From an uncultured Planctomycetaceae bacterium (GTDB lineage Bacteria > Planctomycetota > Planctomycetia > Planctomycetales > Planctomycetaceae): a stretch of DNA of 64,000 bases. The DNA lies in NCBI GenBank assembly GCA_963815195.1, contig CAWFGE010000013.1, forward strand, positions 704,001 through 768,000, written 5' to 3'. Each line of letters begins with the position of its first letter. Position 1 is the stretch's first letter. The position numbers were made by a program, and so were the translations under genes. The notes under the pieces are model-generated. The model made no database searches. It was given only the letters and a program-made list of their open reading frames with translations, and was not told where the DNA came from. Positions 62,313 to 64,000 of the stretch are shown one piece after another.

Positions 62313-64000
62313 GGAGCAAAACGAGGTCCAGGCAAATTCAGCGGAGCATGGTTTGTGTCTTCGACGATGAGCCAGTAGCAATCGGACGGCAACCCTGTGT
62401 AGATGTCACTATGGCCCGAAGGCCATTCGACGCGCACATCCACCGGACCGCCGGCGTCCGTCACACCAGCCAGCAGTCGCGAATCCGAGGCTGACAAATA
62501 ACTGCCCCCGCTTGTGATCGGAAAGCGGCGTTCCTGCCCGGCTTCGCGGACGATCACCCGGCCCCCAATCGGGGGCGTCCGCGTGGCGGTCACCAGTTGC
62601 AGGCCGATAAAATGGCGGCCTCGGCGTTCGGTCTGGTTTTGCAGCAAGGCCAGAGGGCGATCGATGTGCGTGACCGCCAGGTCCCAGTCGCCGTCGTTGT
62701 CGTAATCCGCCGCCGCCATACCGCGCCCGACGCAGCGTTCCTGGAAATACGGCCCGGCCAGAGACGAGATGTCGTCAAAATGCCCGGCCCCGTCATTTCT
62801 CAGAAGTTGCGCCGGCATTTCAAACGGTTCTTGCCGCGGCCCGAGAACATGACCATTGGCGACAAACAGATCGCTGGCCCCGTCGAAATCGTAATCGAAC
62901 GCCGCCGTTCCGAATCCCAAGAACTCATAACTCGTGGCGGCGATCCGGGAACGACGGCTCTCATCTTCGAACAGCAGTTGGCCCCGGTTTCGGTAGAACG
63001 TGTTCTTGGCCTGGAAATAATGCGTCAGGAACAGATCAATCCAGCCGTCGCCGTCAAAATCCTGGCAGGCCACGCCCATGCTGGCTTCGTTCTTTCCGTC
63101 CCGGCTGACCGCACACCCGGCTTCCACGGCGACATTTCGATAAGCGGCGGTTTGAGTGCCCGTGCGGGTAAAAAGAAAATTCGCCGCCATGTCGTTGGCC
63201 ACGTAGATCTCGGGCCGGCGGTCCTGATCGAAATCGGCGGCAATCACGGCGAGGCCTTTGCCATCGGGGATGGCAAAACCCAGTTCCCCGGCGGACTCGA
63301 CAAAACGGCCGTCGTTTTGATTGAGATAAACCCGATCGGTCTGCGCCTCATAGTCTCCGGGGCCGCAATACGCTTTGTTCCCGTTAAACTCGCAGACGCG
63401 GTATTTCTCAGGGGGAACGTCCAGATAGTTCACCACGTACAAGTCGAGGTCCCGGTCGCCGTCGAGATCCAGCCACACGGCACTCGTTCCCCAAGAGGCA
63501 TCGTCCACGCCGGCGTGTTGGGCGGCCTCCTCGAAGGTGCCGTCCCCCTGGTTGTGAAATAAAACGTTGCGGCCGTAATTCGTCACGTAGAGATCCGGGA
63601 AGCCGTCCGCGTCAAAATCCCCCACCGTGCATCCGTGTCCGTAGCCGCGGTCGTCCGAGTTTGTGGAAGAGGAGACGTCTTGAAAGCGGCCGTGGTCCAG
63701 GTTTCGGAAGAGGCGGTTTCCGCGGGCGTTTTTCGTCTTGTTGGTGAGCAGTCCGCAGCCATCGCTGGCATACAGATCGAGCAAACCGTCCTGGTCGTAA
63801 TCGAGCCACGCCGCGCCGCCTCCCATGATTTCCGGAAGAAAAAAGCGGTCCGGAACAATGTCGCTGTCCCGCTGGAAATCGATGCCTTGGGATCGAGCCA
63901 CGTCCACAAATCGCGGGACAACGGGGGGGATGGATTCGATGTCGTGCTCAAAGAGTTGCGGGACCTCCGAGACGGACGGGGAGCGCTCGAGAATTGGAGA
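62309..64000 (-). CDS. CRTAC1-family FG-GAP repeat protein with C-terminal ASPIC/UnbV domain; 5' end beyond the window
   Basis: Repeated DxDxDGxxDL motifs, EIMGGG, ASMGV, GRG.AAADYDNDGD.DL, GGSYLSASD, VEWPSG. Confidence 0.93.
   Translation of the reverse strand, partial: SPILERSPSVSEVPQLFEHDIESIPPVVPRFVDVARSQGIDFQRDSDIVPDRFFLPEIMGGGAAWLDYDQDGLLDLYASDGCGLLTNKTKNARGNRLFRNLDHGRFQDVSSSTNSDDRGYGHGCTVGDFDADGFPDLYVTNYGRNVLFHNQGDGTFEEAAQHAGVDDASWGTSAVWLDLDGDRDLDLYVVNYLDVPPEKYRVCEFNGNKAYCGPGDYEAQTDRVYLNQNDGRFVESAGELGFAIPDGKGLAVIAADFDQDRRPEIYVANDMAANFLFTRTGTQTAAYRNVAVEAGCAVSRDGKNEASMGVACQDFDGDGWIDLFLTHYFQAKNTFYRNRGQLLFEDESRRSRIAATSYEFLGFGTAAFDYDFDGASDLFVANGHVLGPRQEPFEMPAQLLRNDGAGHFDDISSLAGPYFQERCVGRGMAAADYDNDGDWDLAVTHIDRPLALLQNQTERRGRHFIGLQLVTATRTPPIGGRVIVREAGQERRFPITSGGSYLSASDSRLLAGVTDAGGPVDVRVEWPSGHSDIYTGLPSDCYWLIVEDTNHAPLNLPGPRFAP

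Overview
High-GC bacterial chromosomal window, almost certainly from a Planctomycetota (Planctomycetaceae-like) genome. The call rests on DUF1549/DUF1553 and DUF1501 genes, DUF4058, DUF1080, a CRTAC1/ASPIC-UnbV protein, two sulfatases and many secreted hypotheticals. Housekeeping and metabolic genes include hemC, hemE, hemY, uppP, coaE, rho, ribH, nusB, sat, eda, uxuA, an S1-like ribosomal protein paralogue and an OleC-like ligase. There are two tRNAs, Ser-GCT and Gln-CTG. About ten otherwise intact genes carry isolated indels, which probably reflect long-read assembly error. The most notable structure missed by the ORF track is: (1) a SRAP/YedK gene overlapping a decayed archaeo-eukaryotic primase (AEP) gene upstream of tRNA-Ser; (2) a variable island between rho and ribH with two DUF4058 nuclease-fold genes, a hidden third DUF4058 3' remnant, two paralogous Cys-rich microproteins and a Tat lipoprotein; (3) a collapsed prophage relic (integrase N-terminus plus tape-measure fragment) on the 5' side of tRNA-Gln; (4) at least five unrelated REP/REPIN-like palindrome families, one tandemly amplified and one supplying a gene's stop codon; (5) a compact secretin-like gene next to a large hydrazine-synthase-alpha-like diheme protein. 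All family calls come from motif recognition by eye; no searches were run.
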